A DNA stretch of 64,000 nucleotides. Source: Savitreella phatthalungensis (taxonomy: Eukaryota). Positions 35,055-47,100 of this stretch are shown here, in pieces. Within the stretch, counting starts at the first letter, position 1; each line of letters starts with the position of its first letter. The notes beneath the pieces were generated by a model. The model was not told where the DNA came from and searched no databases. It was given only the letters and a program-made list of their open reading frames with translations. The position numbers were made by a program, and so were the translations under genes. The DNA is taken from the NCBI GenBank assembly GCA_051599415.1, contig AP039692.1, positions 434,001 to 498,000 on the forward strand, written 5' to 3'.

Positions 35055-35445
35055 CTTTGATGCGATAGCCTTTGGCCGAGCATCTGCGAAAGCAGGAACA
35101 AAATGGATTCGGAAAGCCGCAGCATATCAAATTTGCTGTTTTTGACCTTTCAATTTAGATTGCACCTGATTTGCAATCATTTTGGCAAATACTGAAGCAT
35201 TGTCAGAGCTTTGATCCACGTCGTAATTTGTCAGGTCAGTTGTTTGCTTGCGTGCCGCTTTGTCCAGAATTTGTTTTGATGGGGCTGGGTGAAGAGATAG
35301 TATCGCGGAATCCCTGACCAGAATGTTGAGACAGATGGATAAAGCTGTCTTGATTGTCCATTATGACCAGATGCATCCTGCTCTATTCCTGCGACAATTT
35401 GACGCTCTGAACACCACCGGTCCGGCCGGTGTCGCGACCACTAGG

Positions 35446-35955
35446 TGGCCCGCGTCGATCGTATACACTCCATATACCATACCGCTACTCTCGCAATCAC
35501 TCAATCTACATATGACAAGATGATCGCCCCGTGTGAAGCTGTCAAACAGTACTGTTCTGTGCTAGGTCCTATCGATGCTATCTGGGTACCATCTCCATAC
35601 AGTATGCTGCATTTTCTTGTACCTCATTTAATCTGCCACATCAGCAGAGTTGTGGTATGTCTCAGATATAGCACAGTAGGCAACACCGCTGTCACGGCCG
35701 GTCAATGGCCCGGGTCAATTGTATATGGTTTGTATACAACACTGTCACTTCCGCAATCACTCGGTCTGCATATGACAAGATAGTAGCCCTGTATGGAGTT
35801 GTCAAATAGTATTGTTCTGTGCTAGGTCCTGATAGTGGTGATGTTTGGCACGCTGTCTCTGTACAGCATGTTGCGTCCTCTTGCAATCCCTCATCAACCT
35901 GCCATGTCAGCAGAGTTGTGGTCTGTATCAGGTATAGCATGGTTGGTGCCACCGC
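35446..35955 (+). repeat. Degenerate ~260-bp tandem duplication
   Basis: 35446-35705 versus 35706-35955 share, in order, tggccc, gcaatcactc, catatgacaagat, tgttctgtgctaggtcct, tcagcagagttgtggt, tatagca. Confidence 0.85.
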
Positions 35956-36330
35956 CTAGGCCGTCTCTTGTAGTCCCTCTGTGTCTGTTTGTGCTTGTTT
36001 GTGTCTGTTTGTGTTCCTTGGTGGACTCTGTCTGTGTCCTCCTGTGTTGTCTGTCTTGTGCCCATATTGCTTTGTCTGTTGCTCTTGCGTCCTCTGCAAC
36101 AGTCTTCTTGTCTTGTCTTGATTGTATCTGTGTTGCTTTGTCTGTTATCCTTGGATCCTGCAATTGTTCTCTGCAACACTGGATGTAGCACAGAACATAA
36201 ACTATTTGATGGCTCCACATGGGGCTACAATCTTGTCATACATACCTGGATAATCTGAGTGATTGAAGGAGTGACAGCATTGTGTATGAGTGTGTACAAT
36301 CAGCACATATGACTTGAGCGGTCATGACAA
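35706..36330. repeat. Right arm of a 625-bp inverted repeat
   Basis: Reverse complement of 34164-34788. No mismatch seen by eye. Confidence 0.97.
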
Positions 36331-36755
36331 TAATCCTGTCATATGCAATACCAACGATTGCTAGGAGCGACAGCCGTGTGTACAATTCTGTATACGAGCA
36401 GTCCAAAGACTAGACCATATGCAACATAGGGTCCTGCACTTCATTGAAGCGTGAGCACGACTGTCACGCCTGTCCATGACACGACGTGACAGATATCATC
36501 GTTGTGCCAAGGCACCACTTGATCAACTACAGATATTAATGGAAACCTGATCTGATATCGCTCACTCGGCCTGAGCAGAAAGTCGGCCTGCATGGAGTCG
36601 GCTTCACATCTGCCGTTGACGACTCTCTCAAATGCTCTGAGCGATCGGACTACGGTTGACACGAGCGCGCAACTGGGCAATCGAGCCAGATACGTGAGGT
36701 TGTCCAAGCCATGAGGCGTATTCCTGCAGCGCAGTAGACCTTAACACTGACACAT

Positions 36756-37625
36756 TCAGCTTCGATGCCGAGCTTCATGCGAAAAATTCGGCAGAGCTGC
36801 AGCCATCGCGGCATCAATCGCTTCTCTGATGGTGTCCTCAGATGCAGCGGCATCGGGAGGAGGAGTGACAGCTGCTTCCATGTCGCGCCGGGATCGTCTT
36901 ACTTCCTCCCGAAGCTCTGCAATCTTAGCTTTAAGTGTACAGGAGCGTTTGGCTAAGTCGCAGGCGATGCACGAATTCGAAAGCAAATAGGGTCGCCAGT
37001 ACGAATACTGATACCGCCAGGCACGGCAGCGACCACACGGAGCAAAGCGGACAACGTGCGGACGATCCATCGTACTCGTCTCCGGTGGCGCATAACCTGC
37101 GCGTCTGGCACTTTCCTCCTGAGTTCGAGCCCGTTCGCGTTCTCTGTCGGATAGGTCAAGCGCAAGGATCGCTCGCCCGTTGGACAAATCTTCGACTTCT
37201 TGAATTTTACCGTCTGGAAGCTTGCCGTCTCTCAGAATGCGGCGTTCTTGAAAGGTGAAATCACTCAAGGGCTTTCCGTTTACGAGCTCCTGAACCAGGA
37301 GATTGTTCGCTTGAGTGGCTAATTGCCGTGCGGTCGGGGCAGCGCGTTTGCCCGCTGCATTGCCTGGACGTTTGGGTTGAGAGCCCGAGTTTGGAACTTG
37401 GTATGCATCTATATTATCAACAGAAGGATACGGTTCCGGCGTCCGCGACGAGGCTGAAGGTCTTGTTAAAGCATTCTGATGTGAAATGTTGTGCTGCAGC
37501 GAAGACTGAGCAGCGGTCACGTCGGCACTCCTCACAGTTTCAGGAACGGCCGTGCCGGACTCGAATGCCGCGTCATCCTGGATTCTGACGGGATCAACCG
37601 CGGTCGATGACGTCTTTTTCGCCAT
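36756..37625 (-). CDS. Hypothetical protein with a degenerate Zn(II)2Cys6-like motif and coiled coil
   Basis: ATG at 37625 (MAKKTSS...). C-x2-C-x6-Y-x11-C-x2-C-x6-C followed by LKAKIAELREEV. Confidence 0.55.
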   Translation of the reverse strand: MAKKTSSTAVDPVRIQDDAAFESGTAVPETVRSADVTAAQSSLQHNISHQNALTRPSASSRTPEPYPSVDNIDAYQVPNSGSQPKRPGNAAGKRAAPTARQLATQANNLLVQELVNGKPLSDFTFQERRILRDGKLPDGKIQEVEDLSNGRAILALDLSDRERERARTQEESARRAGYAPPETSTMDRPHVVRFAPCGRCRAWRYQYSYWRPYLLSNSCIACDLAKRSCTLKAKIAELREEVRRSRRDMEAAVTPPPDAAASEDTIREAIDAAMAAALPNFSHEARHRS

Positions 37626-38107
37626 ATGATCACCTTCTCGCAACCACAAGCTCGCGACCCTTATAGTCGGTCCCGGTGCTCATCCGAAATTCCTGTTCCA
37701 CCGGTGAATCGGCGATCCTCCTCCAACAATCCGCGAATACTCGCGATATCCGGATAGTCCGGATGATACGAGAATTGAATTAGCTAAATCGATCGATGCC
37801 CGGTACTGATATAATCCATTTCGGATGCTCGACTAAAGGGTGCAGCTTTCATCACGTGCTCGTCGCAGTGGAACTTCCGATTACTGGATAAATTGAAGCA
37901 AGCTTGCGAACTTCAGACGTGGTCGACCAGGCGATACAGTTTCGTCTACGCAGCTACCATAGCATGCATGCTGTGCAGAGACTTGCTAGTCAGGAAATGT
38001 CGATGATATATGTGCATAAATTCTATACAGTATACAATATAACATGGCTGTGGCAACGTGCCTGCCTTCAGGACAGCCTTGAATATCCTTCGGTACATAA
38101 CCTGAAG

Positions 38108-41100
38108 CTACAGCCACGGGCTCCACAATTGGTCCATTTGCGCCAAATTCCTTGGGCTGACTGATTGGGATATTAGGTCGATGATAGTCTGGTGTGCTGG
38201 TAGATTGCCCTGTGCGACCTGGGAGAGTGATGAAGCGCGTCTGACGATAAGATCCACATTTGCAGCCACCTTTTCGCGCAGCTGTGTCTCCTGAGTGACA
38301 GGGCGATGCTGCTGGGTGAACCAGGTGATGAGTTCGTCACGCACGAAAATAGACAAATGTTGGTCGAGCTCAAATGCCGGTTCCGTCAAGCAACGGGCAA
38401 TGGCCATGATAGCACAGGAGTATACTCCTTCCACACCAATGGACCCCATGAGGGTTGAGATGGTTGGCGTGAACCGGAATGGGACCGCTTCGCCGTTGTG
38501 AAACACAGGATTGTTCTGAGCCATTCCAGGCAGGATCTCCGTGCCCCAGACGAGACCATTCCTCCGGGAAATGAACAGCTTGTGCGGGAAACGGTTGTTG
38601 ATGTTCATGACATAAGTCATGAATGTCAGACTTGCGTATTGGAGGGAGAAATGCTTTCGGAAACGCCAGAAATCGCTGTACGCGGCGAAAGATTGCTTGA
38701 AGAAATCGAGAACAAGTGTGTCGGGAATCAGTTCACGACGGATCTCCTCGAGCACATCCACTTTGGCTTTGATTAGCTCTTGTTTGTTGTTGGCCAATTC
38801 CCCCAGCTTGCTGATCCGATCTGCAGCCAGACGGAGCGGCTCATCCTTATGCTGCTTCGCATGAGCACAGTAGTCCTCGTATATCGACTGAAGTGAAATG
38901 TAAGCCGGATCATCCTGAACAATCCGAATATGAGGAGCGAGCGGTACCGCGGCCGGCAAATTGAATGTTAGTCCACGCTTGCGTGATTCTTTCCGGCGGG
39001 ACAAAACACCCGACAGGATGCGGAACAATTGTATGATGCGCTCTTCACGTCGACAGTGCCGTGCCGCAGGATATTGGATGGCGAATGGATGGAGGCTGCC
39101 ATCGTGTCCACGAATAGTAATGCGGCGGTAGCAAATGCCATGCCCGCGCACTACATCCAGGGTAGGCATGAAGCGGTCGATGCGAACAAAGTCGTTGTTG
39201 TTGTCACGATGTTGCAAATATTGACCCGGAATCTCGACTTCGTCGAACTTCTGGTACTGGAATTCGCTCAAGTATGAGGAGAATTGCTCCAATTGCTGCT
39301 TCGTGCTACGACGATCCAAAATCATCTCGAATTTGTCCCGCCATTTACGAAGCTTCGACACGTAATCTTGCAAATTAGGCTTCTCTTGCACAAATTCCTT
39401 CTCGAAAGCGGCCTTGATGTTCTTTGGGAGGACACTATCGGCGAATCGCGTGATATTGGCTTGAGTTGCAGGCGGGAGCTTCGTGTCTTCCGTGACGGAA
39501 CCAAGTCTGCCAATATATTGCACACCGTCGTTCAGTAGCGCAACAATGAGTCTGTAGGCATCTTCGTCCGCTTGACATTTGAAGCGCTGTTGAATTTGAT
39601 CCACCAAAGTCTCCATTGACAAAGCAAGCAAAGGATACGCCGTTTTGAGAATAGCCATAATCTCGTGCTCCCAAGGCTGACGATTTTGCAGGGCAGCTGT
39701 TGGTCGTGGACTATGTGACGCAAGGCTGGCCGCATTGGCACCGTTCTCCTTCTTTGTTATGATTGATGCAGCATTCGCCGAAAGCGGCACATCCTGCGAT
39801 TTCGTTTGCGAGGACGTCACACCTGAGCCAGCCACGCCAGTCGCACTCGCAAGTCCGTTGTTAGAAGCGCCGGGTGTCGCTCCGGAAGTAGTAGTGGCGA
39901 TAGTAGAATGCGCCGATGCGTTTGGCGCCGGGTCGGACTTGCTGGCATCTGATTTGCTCGCAGCTGCGGAGGCGGCGGCAGCCGCCGCTTGTTTCTTGAT
40001 CACGGCGTAGTCCTCCTTCGTTGTTCGAAGTTGGAAATGCAGTGCTTGTGGAAATGTTTTTGCAATGCGGATAAGAATCTGACGAGCATGCCGTGCCTCT
40101 TTATGTGATAGAGACGTGAGCAATTGTGGGATGAAAGTGATCCAATACCAGGTGGGCACTTCGCCCTTGTACGAATCGAATGCGCCAGAGATGGTGCCGT
40201 GCGAATCATCAAGGCTCAAAAGCCAAAGCACTCGGGACAGCATCTTTCGTGCTCGTCCATTCTTATAAAGTCCCGCGGCCTGTAAATAGCAACTGACAGC
40301 ATTGCCTGCCTTGGTCAACTCAGTCGGATCCTCCTGGAATAATCTGTCGCTATACTGGCCCCACTCTGCCCATGCTTTTGGCAGCATGAGATCAATCTGG
40401 ATGGCCGTTGCGAAGGCCTGATTGGCTTCATCGTTCAATTTCATCTTAGCTAGGAACATGCCCTTCAGTGTGAAAAATTCTGCCTTCTGCTGTGTGCCGA
40501 AATACATCAAGTTTGTGTTGCTGATGACCTCTAAGCCCATGCCGAGCTCGTTGGGATTCTGAAAATGGCACTTGGCCTGCTCTCGCAGTTTCAAGAAGGC
40601 TTCTTGGATCTCGATATTAGGCAGGGTGTAGATCTTGGTGAGCTGGTTGATACACACCTCGGGAAGCTGGTGCTTTCGAGCTACATGTGCGAAGCGATTT
40701 ATGATCCATGCTGTTTCGTGATAGCCCCTGTAAGCAAAAGACGTGGCGTTAGTGCTCGCGGCCGCGGCGTTTGACGCCTGCAGTGTCGGGACGAGGGGCA
40801 AGTAGACGCGATTGATAGACGCGAAGATAAGCTGTCTCCATGCCACGAGATCTGACCACGAATTGATGTCGTCACAGAAATTTGGGAGGCGTTCTCGCCA
40901 CGTCTGTAGAATGTGCTTCAGTTCGTGTGACTTCGCTTCCAAATTTTGTGCGGTGGTGTTCGCGAGACTGTGATAGATTTGACTAGCTTCGTGCAATTCG
41001 ACAAACTGCTGGAAGGCTTGTAGAAGAGGGAGATGTGTCTGCGAGACCATCGGGGGAAGCTGATGCCACTTTCGCAGAGCGAGTTGCATGCCATCGTCGC

Positions 41101-44100
41101 AGATACGATGGAATTCTTGGATCGACTCGAGCTTGGCTTGTGTTTTCTGCAGCGTCATGAAGGCGTCAAAAATGTAACGTCGCGGGGTCGGCACATCCAT
41201 CAGTGTTTTGATTGATGCTTCCAGAGGCTCGCGGTCAGATGTCCAGTCGGAGACTCGCCAAGCACACTCGAGTAACAGATCCGAATAGCCCTCCTGCTTC
41301 GCCAAATCAGTGAGCACGTCCCACTGCTGCAGCTTCTGCGCACAAAGTACCCAGTGATCCTCCCATAGGGCATATTCCGACTCGCTGAATGGCAAAACGC
41401 CAGTCCGAGCCTTGATTTGCGCAGCCTCGTACATCTGCTGCGACTTGTCCCACATGCCATTTTGTTCGTATGAAATAGCTGCGTTCGTCTCCAGGTATCG
41501 ACAGCGCCTGCGCCAAAGTCCGTAAAACATGTCCTCCTCGCACAAGGAAGCATAGAGCTCCGTGAGTGCGTCAATTGTGCTATCTTTGAGGTCATGACTC
41601 ACTTCATTCAGGTCAGCCGAGACAGCGGAGCGCTCTAACAATTCCATTGCGGGGAACCACGCGTTGAAAGTCTTTCCCAAATATTTGAGGAGGTGAGGCG
41701 GAAGCGAAACGGTCGGAACGCATGAAGATACGGCAGTGAGAATGGTTTGGATGACGTTCGGCCGTCGCTCGACCTGACGAAGATTATACTCTTTTGAGAG
41801 TTGGATAGTGATTGCGCGTGAGCTCTCCTGTCGGTCCTTGCGACCCATGGCACTCCAAGCGATCGGCATGATGGTGCACCAGAGCATGTGACCGGCGTGT
41901 GGATCGAGATACTGCAGATCACAAATGCTATCGACAAGATCGCCCGCCCGAGTTCGAGTAATGCGCTCGAGATGTTGTGCATGCTCGTTGAGGAAGTTTT
42001 CGAGCTTATCATCTTCCATCATCTCTTCATCTTCATCATCTGGATTGTCAGACATGGCGGCACTAGCGCCTGAGAGCCGAGAAGCGACATCAGTGCGAAA
42101 TCTGCACGAAGTGAGCTCCAGTGTAATGGATCGGTCTGTCGCGATGCTACCAGCCAAGAGATGGCTAGCTTGACTGATCCAGAAGTAATTTGCCAATGTC
42201 TCCCAGCTTTGAACATTGAAAATGTAGTTGAATCGTGTGTGTACAGAGCGCGACATGCTCGAATTGAATATGTTCATAAATGTCGAACGAACCTTGAAGT
42301 CGTGCGCGCGGGTTCCCATCAAGAAGGCCTGTTCGAGACGCACGGTCAATTCAGTTCGAGCAATGCTGGGATCTTGATAGATGGTGATAATCAGCTCAAG
42401 GAACTGATTTATCAACCTGCTGTCACTGCGGTGCTCGAAAGAAAGCATCTTAAGCAGAAGAGTCACTTTTTCCTTGATCGTGGGCAGTACGTCCTTCTTT
42501 CGCACCACAACATCTGTGATAAGCTCGAGAATCTGCGAACAAATCTCGTAGCTAGGTGATTTGTCGATCAATTGAGACAGAGCAGCGAGGTAGAAACGCC
42601 GCTGATCGCCCAATTGCGAGATCCGGGTCTTCAGCACATCAATCAGGTCGAGAATGAGCTGACAAGTCGTTTCTTGATCGATCGATGTTGCATTCCCTGA
42701 ATCCATAGTCGAGTTGAGCGCAGCAGGCTGAGTAGGGCCTGGTGTAGCCACGATAGTACCGGGCGCAGCAGCACTGGATCCAGCCAGCGCAGTCGGAGCA
42801 GTCGTCAGGCTGGGAGGGACAGGACGTATCGAAATATGCTCGCGTACTAGGGTATTGAAGGTCTTCATCAGAGACCCAGTTATCATGTCCAATAGATCCT
42901 CCCTGTGCGCAGCGAGATGCTTCACGATCGGCATCAATGCCAGCAGGGATACACCAGTCTGAAGATGCTCTTGAAGTAATTGGACGAGCTTGCTAGACAT
43001 GTTAAATCCATCTTCCATTGCGGATTCATCATCTGTAGGTGGAGCACATGCAAGTAATCGCATGAAAACGCGAGCCGTCGCTTCGTGACGCACCAATGTT
43101 GGCGATCGTAAGCAATTCTCGAGCAATACAATGTACTGCTGCGCATTAGCAAGCAGTTCGCTGACCGGAAGAACCCTGATGAAGACGTCCAGGACCTGGA
43201 CGGCAACCACGGCTGTGGCTGGTTCCTTTTCTTCTATATCGTTCAATGGGGCCTCGAAAAGACTTCGATCGACCACGTTCAGCGCTGCTTTCTGGCTCGA
43301 GAAGTACCTACTCGCTAGCTCGATTATGCGAGCCCTCGTTGTAGTCTTACTCGGATCTGTGCTCGTCAGGGCTTGTCGGATGAGCATGTTTACAATGGAT
43401 CCAGCCTGCTCGTCGCTGGGGGCTACTTCATCGTTTGTGGCTGTGACGTCAGTCTCCATGGCATCTCCATCATTAGCCTCCCGCTGTGCATCCTTTGATT
43501 CAACGTTCCAGTCAAGGACGATCGTAGCCAGGTCGAGCGACAACGCTCGCGCTTCTGCTGACGCGTTAGCTGAGAGCCCGAGTTTCGGAAGCAGACCGAT
43601 AATCTGGGGCACAAGCGCCGCCCGCTCAGGCCTGAATATTTCCGCCTGGCGAACCAGGAAATGTAGGACCGGGAACAATTGCTGAAGATTATTTTCCTCT
43701 GCAAGCACTTTGCGCGGATACTTGATCCAGCCAGCGGCGCCGGATGGGTCGGTAGCTGGGATGCGACTCGAGAGAACGGGCGCGAGGGTGTCGAGAGCCT
43801 GTCTCACAAGAAGGCGCGCCTCTGGTTGTCCTGCTCTCAAAAGAGCAACAAATATCTGAGCCGCGATCTTGGCCGGCGTATCAAATGCCGCAATGAAGAA
43901 CGAGATGAAGACGTACGCAGCATTCTTGGTTGTCACGTCGTCTAGCTTAATGTAATTCCATGCGAACTTGATGATGTCCTTGCGGATGTCCGCAAGCAGA
44001 TCAGGATAAAAGCGTATGAAGAGTGTTGACATTTGTAGAATCTCCAGCTTGACCAAATCGCTCGAGCATATTGCATCTTCACTGAAGTCCGCAAGTGCTA

Positions 44101-47100
44101 CACGCCAGACTTTTGCGTGTATACGCTCGACCACAGCCGTATCGATGAAAGAGTCTGAATCATGCCGATGCAGCAATAGCAACGGATTGATGACGAGCTG
44201 GAAGAGCTTGATGCGAATCTCTTCCGCCAGTTCCTTATCAGGGAACGCATCAATGCATAAGGAGAGCAATGCTGCTTGATCATCCTGATCGCCCTTTCTG
44301 CAAATGAATCCAATGAAGTGATTCTCGATCGAGTCAGTGGTGAGTAGGCCCAGTTGTACTGGTGCTGTAAGAATAGCGAATGCGCGCTGGACGTCATTCG
44401 GGAAGCGCTTCAGCAGCGCCAAAGAATAATCCACGAGATTGCGGCGCGACGCATGCAGCGAACGGTGTGACTCGATGTCTTCAGTGGCCTCGACACGTGA
44501 CAAGTCGACATAGATCTTGATCAAGTCTTGCCAATGGGTACTGGCAGTTGCATGCTCGCAGCCGTGCCGGGCAAGGACCACAGACAAGCGCGAAATTAGC
44601 TGGAGCTCGCGTCGAGCTGCAAGGCTTTTGCCTGCGGCGGAAGTGGTTATGATCTTCATCAATGCTTCAAGCTCGCCGTCGAGCGTGGCACGCAAGCCGT
44701 CATCTTCTGCTTCATCGAACAGACCGACGAGGAAATTGCTCAGCTTCACATTACTGATCTTCGCTTTGAAATAGGCACAAGTCTCTTGTGGATAGCGCCT
44801 GAGGAAAACCAGAAGAGCCTTGCGGAAAGGACTGCGGGACGTTCTCCGCAAATGTGTCTCCAGCTCCAGAGTTGCAGTCACGAGGTCATCCATGAACATG
44901 TGTGCAGTTGACGGGAGTAAATGGAAAATGTTGATGATAGCAGCAATGACCTTAACCGCTTGCTGGTCATCTAGTGGCTTCGCGGCCAATTGTTGCAATG
45001 TGCCTGGATCTGCCCATGCCTTGAGGTGATCTAGTAATTTGCGGCCGATCTCGACCTTGAAGTAATTCGTAAGAAGCTCGAGTAAGCGTGCCAGGCCTTC
45101 AAGCCCGGGAACAGACAAGCGCTTATGATCTGAAAGGTTCATCAGAATCGGACGAAGGCCAGCCTGCAAAAGATCCTTTGGTAGCTTATTATTTTGGGCA
45201 AGCACCTTCTGTAGTCCCTTGTTCGCAGTTTCAACAACTTCTGGAGATTTTGCGTATAAGGATTTGAAGAAAGTGGCAATGATGCGACCCCGGCTCTGTG
45301 CTTGTTGTTGCTGATTGAAAGCCGGAGAGGTCACAGCGATGGTCAGCAGACGAATGCAGACGACACGCAAGTTGACCAGCGCCGATGTGTTCTTATACTG
45401 CGATGTGCGATTGACGCTGACAAGCGCATCGTCCTCTGCATCAGCCAACGCCAGCGCTTCGTGAAGTAAGCGCATCAGCTCATCATTGAATGGCAAAAAG
45501 TCTCGTTCGAGGCCAAGACAGAACGTAATGGCATCAATATGGCCAATCTGCATCGCGAATGGTAATGCTCGCAATGGCTTGGTGAAAATCGGTGTCAGGA
45601 GGCGCTCCTGAACCGGTTTGAGAATGGACTCGATCGACGCTGAGGTGCACTCCGACAGTGACTGAAGCAGAGTCTGAGCTGTTGAGCGGACACGACCATT
45701 GGGATTCGATAACTCCGTGATGAGCAAACCCACCAGCGGAGTACCAGTATGATCGTCGGGCTTTGATTCCTTATAACAAACCTTGACGACGTACAAAACA
45801 AGTCCGATGGCTTCATCGACGCATAGAGTGGCAACTTCCGCGGGAATGTCCTTGACGACGAACAGAAGAGCCTTAATGACCTCCAAGTGATGTGCTCTCG
45901 CCCACGTCGTGCCCAAGTCTAGATTCTTTGCAAGATAAGCAAGTCCCGCGACACCGCCAGCTTTTCTGTGCCACTGCTCTTCAAAGCACTGATGACAGAA
46001 TCGTGCTGTCAGAGAGGCGAAAACTGGCAGTTCGGCAGCCCGATTCGCATCTCCGACAATGGCAATGGCAGAAGCAAGCATATCCTGCATCGCTGCACGA
46101 GCACCATCCCGAACGTCTGATACCTCGCTGCTCATTGCGTCTACCAGGACAGCGTTGTAGACATTGGCATCCAGGAAGAGCGAATCGTCCACCATATCAA
46201 TGGAGAAATCCATTCGCTTGCGAGCCATTTGCACGTGTGACTGGTATAGGTGCAAAATAGCAAAGTGTGATGTGGCGCCGCGAATGATAGACCTTGCTTC
46301 GTCTACCAAAACGTTGCACGACAAGGCCAAGAAGACTCCCCCGAGCGCTTCGCGGAAGACTTCTTCTTGTGCCCGGACCTTCTGCACGACTCCGCGAGCG
46401 ACCGGCTCGTCCTGCGTCGCTCTTACGACAGCGGAGGGATTTCGAATGGCGGCAGGCTCAATCACCTGAAGCGCCATCTTGCGCAAAATGCTTGAATCGC
46501 ATGACTCGCTGCACCCATGGGCGAGGAATAACTTGACTGTAGTCGCTAAGACGTTGAAGGCCCGGAGCTTGTATGCATCATCAGAACGATGATCACCCAG
46601 CGTTTTGATACAAAGCGGCTGGAAACGCGTCCATCGTAGCGACAATAAAGTTTCCGAACCCAGAACCTCGATGGCTACGCTTGGCAGATCGGCCTCGTCC
46701 TCATTGTATTCAAACTTTTGCGCCTCTTCAAGAAAGCGACGATTGCGACCACCCATCTTTCCGAGAATCCGCACAGCCGGATGGCTATGATGGTGGCTAT
46801 GAGGAAGAGGACGCAGATGAGACCAGAGAGCTGACATGAGGTCGTTGAGCACAGGTGCGAGAATAGGATCCATGAACTCTTGAGTCAAGTTGTCGATGCA
46901 CAGCTCCAGCGTCCGCATGCCCTGGGTGACGAGGTCGGGGCCAGCGCGCAGGGCAATGACGAGCGGACGCATAAGATAGCTGAGATATGGTAGCAGCACA
47001 CTGAGACGCACCGGGACCGTAAGACATAGTTCAACGTAGAGTTCTTTCTCTTGTTGTTTTCGTGCGGACTGGAGCAGCGTGTTGAGTGACTCGAGCAAGA

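Noticed and set aside
35130..35365. ~77-codon stop-free minus-strand frame in the IR core
   Set aside because: No start codon near its 5' end and no recognisable motif.
34236..36258. Mirror-image 86-117 aa ORFs in the IR arms
   Set aside because: Low-complexity Cys/Val/Leu or Gln/Thr/Arg translations open in several frames because of base skew. No domain; likely non-coding.
34164..36330. IR locus as a mating-type flip/flop cassette
   Set aside because: No HMG, alpha-box or homeodomain ORF seen inside or next to the repeat.
34190..36405. CRISPR-like array
   Set aside because: Eukaryotic context; units are long, degenerate, in both orientations and irregularly spaced; no cas genes.
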